This document shows positions 1-11,629 of a stretch of 64,000 bases of DNA, in pieces. A model generated the notes under the pieces. It was not told the origin of the DNA and searched no databases. It saw only the letters and a list, made by a program, of their open reading frames with translations. Within the stretch, counting starts at the first letter, position 1; each line of letters opens with the position of its first letter. The position numbers and the translations under genes are program-made. Source of the stretch: Octopus bimaculoides (lineage: Eukaryota); contig NC_068991.1 in NCBI RefSeq assembly GCF_001194135.2, forward strand, positions 40,499,878 through 40,563,877. Direction: 5' to 3'.

Positions 1-149
1 TAAGACTGTAAAAGAATAAGTTGTCACACTTCTACCAGCTTGTTACTGACATGATTCCATTTCTATTCCAGATGTAGTAGAGGTGTGTTAATGACCAAGA
101 CTAAAAGTGTAATGAAACTTGTTGACTTTTAGTTAATATAATTAAGAAA

Positions 150-290
150 TAAACCATGGTCTAGTTTGCTTTTCATTCTTTCAGGAATCAATGAAATAAG
201 TACCAGTTGCACATTTCAATCATTGTAATCAACTTACTACACCCTTCAAAATTGTTGACCTTGTGCCAAAATTAGAAAAAATTATTAAGA
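150..290 (+). mobile_element. Degenerate tRNA-type SINE family B, 3' part
   Basis: ttcattctttcagg..gaaataagtaccagttg core shared with 27007..27190. Confidence 0.55.
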
Positions 291-389
291 AATAAACAAG
301 AATGTTAGAGTTTTGGAAGTGTTCTTAAATGGCCAAAATTACTTCTATGATTTAATTGTTTCTGCTTCATCAGATGGCTTTCACAGTCA

Positions 390-744
390 TAGCTGGGTGG
401 TTAAGAAATGTGCTTCTCAACTATATGGTTTGGAGTTCGGTTCAGCTACACAGCATCTTGGTCAAGTTTTCTACTACCTCAGGCCTACCAATACCTTGTG
501 CATGAATTTTGTAAAAGGAAAGTGTATGGAAGCCAGTCCTCTGTGTGTGTGACTTAGTGTTTGTGTTTGACTCTCACCACTTGATAGCTACATTGGTTTG
601 TTCATCTCCCTATGACTTAACAGTTGGGCAAAAAAAAAAGAGACTGATAGAATAGATATCTGACTCAAATTAAGTACTGATGGTGATGATCAACTAAACC
701 CTTCAAGGTGGTGCCCCAGCATGGCCACAGGCACCTGACTGAGG
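390..744 (+). mobile_element. OR/CORE-type tRNA-derived SINE (family A)
   Basis: gtggttaagaa head, cttggtcaagt..ctacta core, gtgccccagcatggccaca tail; similar to 11868..12207. Confidence 0.7.
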
Positions 745-1317
745 TATAACAGAATAAAATCTCAAGCCAGTTTGTTTGCCAATGAAATGTCAAGTTAGTT
801 TCATAATTATATAATTTTCTTTTGTCTGTGTTTTTTTTTCTTTTTTGGATTGGTGGGGGTTGTCAACAGATGCTCCCAAGCAAACAACTCTAGACTTGTT
901 TTTTAAAAAGAAATCTACAAGTGCTTGTGAATCAGCAATTGCGTCTACAAGTGATGGTGTACACTAGTCTAGTGCAAGTGAAAGTGATTCAGAAAACAAT
1001 TATAATAATAATAATATTTCTTATTATCAATGATCTTGACATTCTTTTTATTTTACATAAAATATTCTTTATATTCCTCTGTTGTTTTATTGCCATTTAT
1101 TTATGGGTATTATAAATTTTATAGGTAAAATATTTTTCTATGAACGAATTACGATTTATAGCTTTGCTACTATGGGGAATTATTGATCTGTTTTACAAGT
1201 TTTTGCTGTACAAGTGGTCTCCTGGAACAAATGAACTTGTATATCAAGACATTACTGTATATATATTTCATTTATATCCATTTCTATTTCATTTTTTTTT
1301 TCTTTTTCTTTTTTTAG

Positions 1318-1556
1318 CTAAGTAAAGATGCCTCCACGTTACCAACACAAATTGGTAATAAGACTGAATGTTCACTTCTAGGCTTTGTATTGGATTTGGG
1401 ACAAGATTATGATGCCTTGAGAGAAGAAACTCCCGTTGATAAAATCTATAAAATTTATACCTTCAACTCTGTTCGAAAATCTATGAGTACAGTACTAAAG
1501 CTTGAAGAAGGATTTCGGTTATATACAAAAGGAGCATCTGAAATTGTCTTAAAAAA
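1318..1556 (+). CDS. ATP2B: PMCA exon A (N domain: [22 protein letters not shown]...[10 protein letters not shown]...KGASEIVLK)
   Basis: Polypyrimidine tract plus TAG at 1315-1317; donor GTAAGT at 1557; contains the KGASE nucleotide-binding motif. A second AG at 1321-22 makes the exact start slightly uncertain. Confidence 0.92.
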
Positions 1557-1695
1557 GTAAGTTAATTGCTTTTTGTTTTGTACAATGTTTTTAAAAAATG
1601 TACCAACAAAAAAAAAAAATACATGAACTAGTGTAAGTAAAGATTATTTAGATGTAATAATTTCCTTAATAAAATTTTTTAATTTCTTTTACAAG

Positions 1696-1838
1696 GTGTG
1701 ACTTTATTCTTGGGCATGATGGAAATCCCAAACCTTTTTCGCTTCAAGACCAGGAAGATATGGTGGCAAATGTTATTGAGCCAATGGCTAATTATGGTCT
1801 GAGAACTTTGTGCTTGGCATTTAAACATTTTGTTCATG
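1696..1838 (+). CDS. ATP2B: PMCA exon B (CDFILGHDGNPKPF...IEPMANYGLRTLCLAFKHFVH)
   Basis: AAG acceptor, GTAAGG donor; phase 2 in, phase 1 out; EPMA..GLRTLCLA motif; follows a 139-nt intron. Confidence 0.95.
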
Positions 1839-2039
1839 GTAAGGAAAATTTTTTTTTTCGTTTACATTCTTGAATTATGGTCTAGATTATCATTTATAAA
1901 AGCAGATTACTGTTGATATTCTGAAGTCAGTTAGTAACACAGGATACACTATGTAATTGTGGAAGAAACAAAACAAAGACATGAGACAGGAAAACAACCA
2001 AAGTTCACTGTTGCAGATTCAATAAAACTTCAGTGAATC

Positions 2040-2251
2040 AACACCATGCAGACCAATCAGCCTCTTATACACACCTTCAAAAATCCTAGAGAAACTCAAT
2101 TGGAATCTTTCTCAGATTTCCCACCCACATATTCCTCTTTCCAACTCACTACATGTAAGCAGACTATTGCATTCAACCACCACACTACCCACTACTTTTA
2201 CAAATAAAATGCATGATGGCTTCAGTACTAACCCCTCTCTTGCCCCTACAT

Positions 2252-2284
<33 letters not shown>

Positions 2285-3300
2285 CACATAATCCTAATTA
2301 CCATTTACATTGACAACACATTTAACTCTGTTTTGCATTACCCAGTCATACAAAAAAAATGTCCAACACCTATTCAAGAAACAACACAAAATGATGGCTA
2401 TCAAACCTGTGTAATAATAACAGCACCACATTCAGAATTTTGGAATTTGTCTTACGGAGTGCCACAGTTATCCATCCTCTCACCCACTCTTCTTAATCTA
2501 TATAAGTGCAGCCTTGCTGCACCTCTACAGAAAATATACATAACCTCATTAGCAGATGAATGTCATCACTCTCACATCTCAACACAGTTGCACAACTATT
2601 CCAACCTTACATCTATAACAAAGAATCCTTACTCCAAAACAACAGACTTGTAGAGGTCCAACTACCAAATTTACCATCTTTCCCGTCTTCTCAAAAAACA
2701 GTAATTGCAACCATCCATTCCATTTAGCAATTTACCACACACACAGAAAAAAAAAATTGCAAGAGATTACATATATACTACCTCTACCACAGTCACAGAA
2801 CATTAAGACAATATAGTAAAGAAAGCAAGACAATGTCATAATGTACTTAGAGTACATACAGGAACAGCATTTTACCAACAACAATAATTAGTAAACCAAT
2901 ATGTTAGATCCATTTTGAAATATATGTGGCCCTCAATTTTTCTAAAATAGACTCTTATAAATTACAGAGGTCATAAAACATATGTTGCCTCATCACACAT
3001 TGTTCACAAGCCACACAACAGATCATAAATACTAGGCATAGCAGACCACCAAGACTTACAAAGGGCAACATTTATTACCACAGCAGATTTTAATATTTGC
3101 ACTCTTAGCTGCTACAGGTACAGTCACACTCGGGTATATTTACAACACCACCATCACACTACTTTCTGCATACTAATACAATATCATCCTAAATTACTAT
3201 CTCACCTTTTCAGTCATCTTTCACATATAAACATTGAAAGAGCTGTGTTATCAATAGTCTTAAGAACCTCCTAAACTCAACTGAGATGCACATCACCATT
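2040..3300 (+). mobile_element. Degenerate non-LTR retrotransposon reverse transcriptase fragment interrupted by (CA)n
   Basis: Translates to CRPISLLYTPSKILEKL, YGVPQLSILSPTLLNLY, SLADE and YVRSILKY, matching RT motifs RPISLL/GVPQGS/YADD; frameshifted. Confidence 0.75.
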
Positions 3301-3739
3301 GATAAAAGCAAAGGACCAACAACTGCTATGATCTAAATGAGTTTACTTTGTCCACCTCTACTCTGGCCACTTACCAGAATATACAGGTGTACAGAAATAA
3401 ACAGAACAGTAGAGAGAGCACATGGTTTGTTTGTCACCCTGTAGGATTAATCATTACCACGACATGTCAAAGTGTGCAGTAAGGTCTCTTGTTGAACAAA
3501 GTTATCGGGTGCAAAAGACCAGGGGTCCCTTCAGCTGACTTTTTGTATGCCTTGGATCTGCTTGTTTACAGCTAACCTGGTTTGTTTTAAACAGCAACTA
3601 TTTTGTCATAGTTGAGATACTGATATGATTTTGATTTTCTGTTTTCAATACTCAAACGATGATGATGATGATAATGATGACTGAAATTGCTTATTGAAAA
3701 TACTGGCCACCAACATATCTTCTTTATTCAATGCTCATA

Positions 3740-3982
3740 TTAACACTTTAGCATCTAAACCAATCACAGATGACCTAAATATTCTACCTGTTTTACATTC
3801 AAATTGGCCAGATCCAACCCCTTACACCTACCCTTCAATGTAACAATCACGCCATCAAAATCTTGAAGTTATGAGATGATGCATGATTAATTCAAAACAA
3901 TGTGGATAAATATGCATTACATTTGGCATTACATAAATAAGCTTTATATTAGATCGAGTAATCTGAATGCTGAAGGATTCAA
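3740..3982. mobile_element. piggyBac-like MITE
   Basis: Ends ttaacactttagcat ... atgctgaaggattcaa form degraded inverted termini with TTAA-like flanks. Confidence 0.55.
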
Positions 3983-4229
3983 TTCATTCAGCATCACACT
4001 TTGTAATCATAAGGTCTTTTTACTCTGAGAGAAAAATTCATTTTATGCCAATAGAGATAACATCTTTCCCTCCTTTTTATTACAAGCACTTCCAGCACTA
4101 ATTAGGTTACTTAATTCTTAACATCCTGTTGAAGTGAAGAGTCCAACCCTTTGAAGATATGGAACAGAAACGAATGATAGAAGAAAGGATTAGAGTTTTC
4201 TCCTTTACATTTGAGAATACCTCACTTCT

Positions 4230-5008
4230 TCCAAATTAATTGTAAAGAAGGTTATGCTTTTTGTGATATCTTTTTTTCAGGATTACCACAACTTCTACGT
4301 AGCTATCTGAGCAGTTCATGAATTTCATAGGTGCTTTGTGCATAGAAATCTTACTTCCTTGTCAAATCTTCTATTGCATTATTTATGTAATATTTGTATA
4401 ACGCTTGCTTGCAATGATACATTGTACAGGTTTAATTAACTTTCTTCTTAATTATCAAGTAAGGCTATTTTTCTGGTGGCACTGAGTACTTTTACTCTCA
4501 GTTGCTAACTTGCACTTTAGTCTTTTATATCTTTGTACTCTAGATCATTCTTCTTAGTGTAGATCTTTCTCTGCTTCTCTTAAATTCTCCAATAAGAACC
4601 AAGTCATCTTGGTATAAAAACCCCTATGAACATCTATTCATGAACTCTTGTGTTTTTCCTAAAATTAAAAAACTGAAAGCAGAGCACTGTTGAACCTCTA
4701 AATAAACTAAAATCCTATTTCAGCCTGCTACCAATCCTAACTATAAGAGAGCACTCACATACTTAGCTTACACAGCTCTCACAAACCATTTACTCTTACT
4801 GAGCTTTCTCAGTACCCAGGCAAATGTATTTCCCAGATTGATGAATACATTCAAAATAATGTGGTGTGTTCCTTTCTTGCAGTCATTTCACTGGAAATAA
4901 TTCTCTTGCTTCTGTTGTAAATCCTTTTTTCCTCTCAGCAATTGAATTTATCAAATTTCCCTATGGACAAATTTTGCTAGTTTAGGCCAACATTGTTTTC
5001 TTCAGATT
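4230..5008 (-). mobile_element. Degenerate RTE-clade LINE RT fragment
   Basis: Minus-strand translation FINLGNTFAWVLRKLSKSKWFVRAV...FLYQDDL resembles RTE AFVDLEKAFD..WALRKLG..LVRAV..LLYADDL. Confidence 0.6.
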
Positions 5009-5239
5009 CTGCATTTTTTTCCTATTCTAATCAGATATTGTCTTTTATTTTTCATATCCATACTTAGACACACACACACAGAGCTTTGTATACTTATTGT
5101 CTGAAAAATAAAATCTAATATAGTTATGCTTTCATTAAGTAAGGAATGTTGAATTTCAACATAATGCAAAGTCATAAATTTAAGGTAAGGAGTAAAGTTA
5201 ATTAAATCAATTGCAGTAACTTGGTGGGACATTATTTTT

Positions 5240-5372
5240 TTTTATCTGCATCCCATCTCCCAGAATGGTAATAGGCACCATTGACTTAGATAGGATTTGA
5301 ATCCAAAACATAAAGGGTTGTAACTAAATGCACCTAAGGCATTCTATCTGACAACTGGATGATTCTGCCTAT
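5240..5372 (-). mobile_element. SINE family B, 5' part
   Basis: Reverse complement begins ggcagaatc and contains ttttggattcaaatcc, similar to the 27007 copy. Confidence 0.5.
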
Positions 5373-5529
5373 TCATGTGGCCATTAAATTAAAAATACTT
5401 ACCAAAAAACAAATGTTCACTTGTTTAGTGCAATAAATGTTTTTTTTTTTTTGTTTTGTTTTTTTAATTTTTGAGTGCAATATTAGAAGAAAATAATATT
5501 TATCAACTCTTGAAAATGTCAATTTCCAG

Positions 5530-5651
5530 GACCTGCCAAGGAAAATGAAACTCATTATGATGAAGAACCTAACTGGGAAAAAGAAGATGAAATTATTCGA
5601 GGACTGACTTGTATTGCTGTTGTTGGTATTGAAGATCCCGTACGAAGTGAG
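5530..5651 (+). CDS. ATP2B: PMCA exon C ([41 protein letters not shown])
   Basis: TTCCAG acceptor, GTTAGT donor; GIEDPVR motif; phase 1 in, phase 0 out. Confidence 0.95.
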
Positions 5652-5719
5652 GTTAGTATATTTACAATAGCATATGTCAATATTAATTTATCTCCTTTTA
5701 ACCATTATAGAAATAGCTA

Positions 5720-6145
5720 ATAGTGCCAACAGAAATGCTTTTGTTGATATTCAATCAAGTCTTTTTACAGAACAGATATTTGTCTCCTATTCCAAAATTT
5801 CCTCTGAACTGGAGATCTGCCTAACAATGGTTAATTTCTCTAATGGATTTAATGAATTTATATCTTTTCCAAGTTGATAGACAGAAGTAAATAGATTCCA
5901 CTTGTCTGTCGGGTGTAAATTCACAATAATCCAATTGATCTCAGGCAAATGTGTTTTCCATATTGATAAATGCACACATTCAAAGTGATGTGGTGTGTTC
6001 CTTTATTGCAGCCATTTCACTGGAAATAATTCTCTTGCTTATGTTGTAGATTCTTCACTCCTCTCAGCAATTGAATTTATCAAATTTTTCTATGAACTAA
6101 TTATTGCCAATTTATGCCAACATTGTTGTCTTCAGATTTTCTGCA
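5720..6145 (-). mobile_element. Second degenerate LINE RT fragment; 5942..6138 repeats 4817..5008
   Basis: Minus strand reads MCAFINMENTFA (AFIDMEKAFD-like); about 190-nt direct similarity to 4817..5008. Confidence 0.55.
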
Positions 6146-6470
6146 GACATAATTGTGTGGTTAAGAAGTTCACTTTCCAACTACATGGTTTCTGATTCAG
6201 TCCTACTGTGTTGTACCTAATATGTTCTATAGCTTCAGGTCAACCAAAGTCTTGTGTGTGTTTATAGTTGTGACTGCCACCATCCTACAAGCAGTATCAT
6301 TCATTTCCAGTTCTCCATGAAAAACATATCTGGACAAGGATAAATATTACCCTACTTGGAAACAGTGGACTGATGACAGGAAGAGCATCCAGCCATAGAA
6401 AATTTACCTCAACAAATTCTGTTTGACCTGTGCAAGCATGGAAAAGTGAACATTAAAATAATGATGATGG
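6146..6470 (+). mobile_element. SINE family A head joined to RTE-type tail
   Basis: gtgtggttaagaagttcactt head; ggaagagcatccagc..gcatggaaaagtgaacattaaaataatgatgatg tail. Confidence 0.65.
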
Positions 6471-6791
6471 TGGACACAAAATATTCTATGAAATGCATCA
6501 TCTCTAACATCTTTGAAATTTTAAATTTATATTTTTCTCTTCTAACTGAATATTATACCAGAGAAATAAGTTGTTCCCAAATTACTGTTTTGGATCCTTC
6601 ATTTACCATGTTTCTATGTAATAAAATAAATGACTGGGTGCTTGCAGAAGGATAAGTGCCAAGAAATATTAGTTTAGGATGAGTCATGGAAATGCTATGT
6701 ATGATGGTTAAATAACTTGAGGAAATTATTGCTGACTAGTGTAATCAATGCCACCTGAATGATGGATGTCTTTTGTTTTTTATTTTTCTAG

Positions 6792-6974
6792 GTTCCTGGT
6801 GCCATAAAGAAATGTCAAGAGGCTGGTATCACCGTAAGAATGGTAACCGGGGACAACGTTAACACAGCACGATCAATTGCCGCAAAATGTGGTATTCTTC
6901 GCCCTGGTGAAGAATTCCTGGTGATTGAAGGCAGAGAATTTAACCATAGAATCAGAGATCCAGCTACTGGCGAG
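6792..6974 (+). CDS. ATP2B: PMCA exon D ([30 protein letters not shown]...RIRDPATGE)
   Basis: CTAG acceptor, GTTAGT donor; 183 nt; MVTGDN P-domain motif. Confidence 0.97.
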
Positions 6975-7099
6975 GTTAGTCTAGTTTTCTTTAAGCTGAT
7001 TCTTTTCACTTTAAGTTCATTTATCAATGCTTAAATATATACTTGATATAATTAAAAGTTTGGATAATGGTGCTTGGAGGTTTCGTTATTTTAGTTCAT

Positions 7100-9845
7100 C
7101 ATATTCATTTATTTTCCTATAAACCAAATTAAAGCATACAAAATAATATGCCATCCGAAGACCGCAACTGCTTTTTGTAGTTTCAACTTATGTTTGAAGG
7201 AGTTTAGCTTTTGTCCCCTGAAACAATGATTCTTTAAGAAAAAGCAGTCATTATGTCAGTGGTGTTGATATATACAAGGGGGTGCTGAAAAGTTCCTGAC
7301 TTTAGGTAAAAGAAAATACAGGAGGATCAGTCAATAATTTTATTCAAATTATCCCCCTCTCGGATTCATACACTTATTGCAGTAGTCCTTCAGTTTTACT
7401 AAGCCCTGTAAAAGAACTCGGAAGGTTGAACCTCCAATTAGGCGTTTTATGATACCCTTAAAACCAGGAACTTTTCAGTACCCCCTTGTATAAACTGGTT
7501 GGGGTGGGATATTCCCTTCAGCAATGGACAAAGAAAAAAATTAAAACTTTGGAGTGCCTATGGTAGCTTAAGCTGCAAAACCACTTCAGTGATTGTTATT
7601 TTTGTATTGTTAATAATATAAAAGGTTTCAGTTTTTACCATAAAAAACAAACAAGGGAATAACTTAATTTGGAATCTCCACAGTGACCAGTACCAAATAG
7701 CAAAGAAATTCCTATACCACTGATTACCTCTGTGCCTGACCTCCCTTTTTCAGATGTTGAAAAAATGATTGTATAGATTGTAATGGTGAAAATAAATATG
7801 CAGTATGCTTATTGACACAAAAGCAACTCCCCAAGAAAAAAAACTTTACGACCTGATATGAGACTTCAGTTTTTGAAAGCAGTCCCTGAACCTAAGCATC
7901 CAGGCTAAAAGAAAACTGCTACAACCAGAAGTGAAAGTAACAGCTTAGCAAAAAAGAGAGGAGGCACTTCTTCCTCACTTCAGCTAAGATGAAGATATTT
8001 TCTACTACAATAGCATCCCTGGGCTTCTTCTCCAAATGGGACTACCAGAATATCAACCACGAGATTGGCGACCTTTTATAGACAGCTCCACCAGAACATT
8101 GAAATGTATTTTTATTACACAATGAAATCTGCTAGGCATCTTTATCAGTTGCTCATTCAATTAAAAATGTCAAAATTCTCTAAGAGAAACACTGCATGAG
8201 CACTACTAGTCTATTTGCTTTGATTTAAGGATGGTGAATTTCTATCTTGGACAGCAAAACAGCTATATGAAATAACTTTGTTTCATGAGCAGTGGCAGCT
8301 CATAGATAAAATGAGTTGGGGGTACTGCTTCAGAAAATTTTTAGTCGTTTTAATATTATGTTAAAGGAAACAAACATACAAAAAGAATAGTTATACATAA
8401 ACTTGATTGGTTTGCGTTTGATTGTAGTGTGCTTAATTTGTTCACTGAACACCACTGTAAATACCCCTTGTTTTTCAAAAATCCCCCCTAAATCACAGAA
8501 TAAAGGGGGAAAAATCTGCCCTATTTTTCAAATCCTGATGCTGAAAGCAGGATAATAATCTAATTCTATACTTTATCACATTCAAGAATATAAACACATT
8601 TTTAAGCACAACACATGCATAGTCAAAAAGAAACACTACCTTTTACTGGCACTGCTCTCTGTCCCTAGCCTGAAGTTTCCTATCTCGGACATGCGAGCAT
8701 GTACACAACAGCCAAACACCACATCGCTGGAATTGTGAAGCACACAGTTCTATACAAGGATTTTTGTATTTTTTTCCATAACCTAGGGAATGGCTATTGA
8801 CATTAAGCTTAAGGATTATATAATGTACAAGTATAAAGGAAGAATTAAAGAAAAAAAAGGACTCATCATATTGAATGTCGTCAACAATATCAAAATAGTG
8901 GGTACTGCAGTTCCACAGTGCCTCTACACAAACCGCCACTGTTCATTAGCGGAAAATGACCTGGATTTCAAGGGAGACAATTGCAGTAGGGACAGTGAAC
9001 ATCATTAATGAATCTTTAATTCAAAAAGAAAACATCATTTGTCATCCCCTCTATAGCAGACTTGAACAGCTGAAGCAATTTGCCAAAAGTTTGGACAATG
9101 ATGATGTTTGCATTTGCAGATCGTTCCTGGACTTGAGAATTCAAAAACTAAAAGGAAGAATGAGAATATTTTTTGCTTCCTCATATTTGTAAACTCATTG
9201 TAGATTCTAGTCTTCTGAAATAACTACTTGGGCATTTTCCAGAGAATCTTGAAGATTTCAGTGAGGAACAAAGGGAGAGATTCCACCAGGATATAAGAAT
9301 GATAAACAAAAGGTATCAAGGCAGATGGGACAGACACATGATGACAGGCTCGTGCTGAACCCTTCAGCATGAATGTCCTGCTAAACCACACACACACAAA
9401 AAATCATAGTTTTTTTTAAGGGATTGATTGATATATTTTGATATATTTAATTGCATATTGTCGTGTAGACTATTATTGCATAAGATGCCATAAAATATTT
9501 TGCTTATTTTTTTCATGATTTTTAGTGTTACAATGTGGTATTTCTTTTGGCATTTTATGTCAGTAGGTTCTGATGTTTTATTAAAAATTAAAATATTTTT
9601 AATTCCATCATGCAGTATGAAATAAATACATAAAACTCAGTTCAGCAACTATCATAAAAATGATGGGGGATCAGAAGGCTAACAATGATAAATTCTCAAA
9701 TGTAGGGTCTTCAATTATGTTAAGCACTGGTGCCAATCTGGAAAAACTGATGCCATATTCAGATTCAGCACCCCAAACCTGTCCTAAAATCACTTCAATG
9801 AATTTGACAATGCAAATAATGTTGATTATTGTTGTTTCCTATGTG
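7100..9845 (+). mobile_element. Fossil Chapaev3-like (CMC superfamily) DNA transposon filling intron D-E
   Basis: Fragments in order: NHFSDCYFCIVN, LPEYQPRDWRPFIDSS, HPLYSRLEQLKQFAKSLD, HFPENLEDFSEEQRERFHQDI..RYQGRWD; ends ..GTG at 9845. Family name from recall; the 5' boundary is approximate. Confidence 0.7.
7275..7488. mobile_element. Tc1/mariner-type MITE
   Basis: 24-bp TIRs caagggggtgctgaaaagttcctg / caggaacttttcagtacccccttg (1 mismatch) flanked by TA at 7273-74 and 7489-90. Confidence 0.9.
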
Positions 9846-9880
9846 AAAACTTTTCATTATAATCTTATTTTATCCTTTAG

Positions 9881-10075
9881 GTTAAGCAGGAACTGTTTGA
9901 TCAAGTATGGCCTCAATTGAGAGTCTTGGCAAGATCTTCCCCACAAGATAAATATACTTTGGTAAAAGGCATCATTGACAGTCGAATTAATGCCAACAGA
10001 GAGGTAGTTGCTGTCACAGGAGATGGCACAAATGATGGACCTGCTTTGAAAAAAGCTGATGTCGGTTTTGCTATG
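9881..10075 (+). CDS. ATP2B: PMCA exon E ([24 protein letters not shown]...[20 protein letters not shown])
   Basis: TTTAG acceptor, GTAAT donor; 195 nt; hinge motif GDGTND. Confidence 0.97.
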
Positions 10076-10398
10076 GTAATAATATTTCACATTCTTCAAA
10101 GATATTTTCTGAAGTTTGCATCAAATGTTGAGTGAATGTTGTTGAACTTGTACTATTAGTATGAAGAAACAAATACTGCTTAAGTTTGTAGGGCATTGGT
10201 AAGTAGCCCACCTTAATTCCAGACAGTTCTTATAACATCTAAATAATTTTTCACTTCAACATTACCAGTGTAACTTCCATATTTCTATTAAGGTATATAT
10301 TTCTGTTGATATATGTATATATATATATATATATTGTCAATGAATCATATATCCGAAAAAGAAGCACGCTCTAAAGTACAGAGTAATAATGTATTTAT

Positions 10399-10611
10399 AT
10401 GTAGTTAAATCTATGTCCGTTCATAGAGTGACCAATGGTTTCACATCCACAAATGGCTTAGCCCCATGGACATCTCATCAGACTCTAAAGCCAAAGACAA
10501 ATGTAACTTTTGTCTTTGGCTTTAAAGTCTGACAAGACATCTATGGAGTTAAACTCTTTTTAGATGCGAAACCATTGGTCACTCTATGACTGGACATAGA
10601 TTTAACTACAT
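10399..10611. repeat. Fold-back palindromic element (about 103-bp arms, 7-nt loop)
   Basis: Left arm atgtagttaaatctatgtcc...gccaaagacaaa matches the reverse complement of the right arm at roughly 80-85% (by eye); TA flanks. Confidence 0.9.
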
Positions 10612-10634
10612 ATATATATATTCTTTTATATGTT

Positions 10635-11460
10635 TCAGCCCTGAGGATGTGGCCATGCTGGGGCACTATCAATGTAATCACCTTTTGATTGGTCGATTCT
10701 ATGTGATTGGCTTTTGGTGAAGGAGGGAGTGCGATACCACTGCCCTCTTTTGAGTTTCCTGCCTTGATATTGATTCATCTGGGATTTTGGATAGCAAGAG
10801 GTCAAGTTGTTTCTTGAAACCATCTACCCCGACTCCATGGAGATCCCTCAGATGCTTCAGCAAGGCGTTAAATAGCTGCAGTCCCTTGAATCCCAAGCAA
10901 TTGCAGTACATGGTCCTCGCCTTAGATGAGACAGCTGGAACTTATGAAACAGTGCAGTGACGTCCAATTCGAGGTCTGGTATAACTCTCAAGTCCAAAAT
11001 TTGGTGCCAGCCCTTCCAGTATCTTCCACACCTATATCACTGCATACCTCTCCTGTTTTCGCTTCAGGGAGTAGAGTTGTAGCTCTCTCAATCTCTCCCA
11101 GTTGTTCAGCTGTTCCATTGATGCAATCTTCTTCATGTAGTATCGCTGAACCACCTCAAGTTCTGCTATTAATCCTACACTGTAAGGTGACTACAGTTGA
11201 GAGAAGTAGTCCAGATGGCTGAGGATAAATGTCCTCCATAGGACCAGCATAGTTTCCTGGTCCCTTGTTCTGAAGGATCTCAGAATCCATCAAGCCATTT
11301 GCCTGCACACTGCCACCATCTTGGTGATATGCATGTGAAACGAGGCATCATTGCTCATATGAATCCCAAGATCACACGTGATTCTAGGATTGCCACTCCT
11401 TTTGGTCCAGAGTATCATTGTTGTATATCTAGGCTTACCTTCCACTCCCTAATCCTGTCC
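10635..11460 (-). mobile_element. CR1/L2-clade LINE, 3' fragment with tail
   Basis: Minus strand LRSFRTRDQETMLVLWRTFILSHLDY...WERLRELQLYSLKRKQERY..WKILEGLAPN, then GLQLFNALLKHLRDLHG; stops present. Confidence 0.85.
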
Positions 11461-11464
11461 TCTA

Positions 11465-11582
11465 GACCCTGTGCCACTGCATCATTGCTCTTCATCAGCT
11501 TCCAACCTGTGTGTTCCACAGTCCTCAGTCAAACCGTCCAACCTAAGCCAGCATGCAAAGCGGACGTTAAACGATGATGATG

Positions 11583-11583
<1 letters not shown>
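11465..11583 (+). mobile_element. RTE-type 3' tail fragment
   Basis: gtcaaaccgtccaacc..gccagcatg..gcggacgttaaacgatgatga terminus, recurring at 14268, 18773, 26560 and 49300. Confidence 0.7.

Positions 11584-11629
<46 letters not shown>

Noticed and set aside
870-956. Possible 87-nt PMCA cassette exon (CAG acceptor, GTGTAC donor)
   Set aside because: Phase 1-1 does not fit the phase-0 start of exon A, the donor is weak, and the peptide has no PMCA similarity.
2213-2653. 146-aa ORF as a nested gene
   Set aside because: Decayed LINE reverse transcriptase read through a (CA)n insertion.
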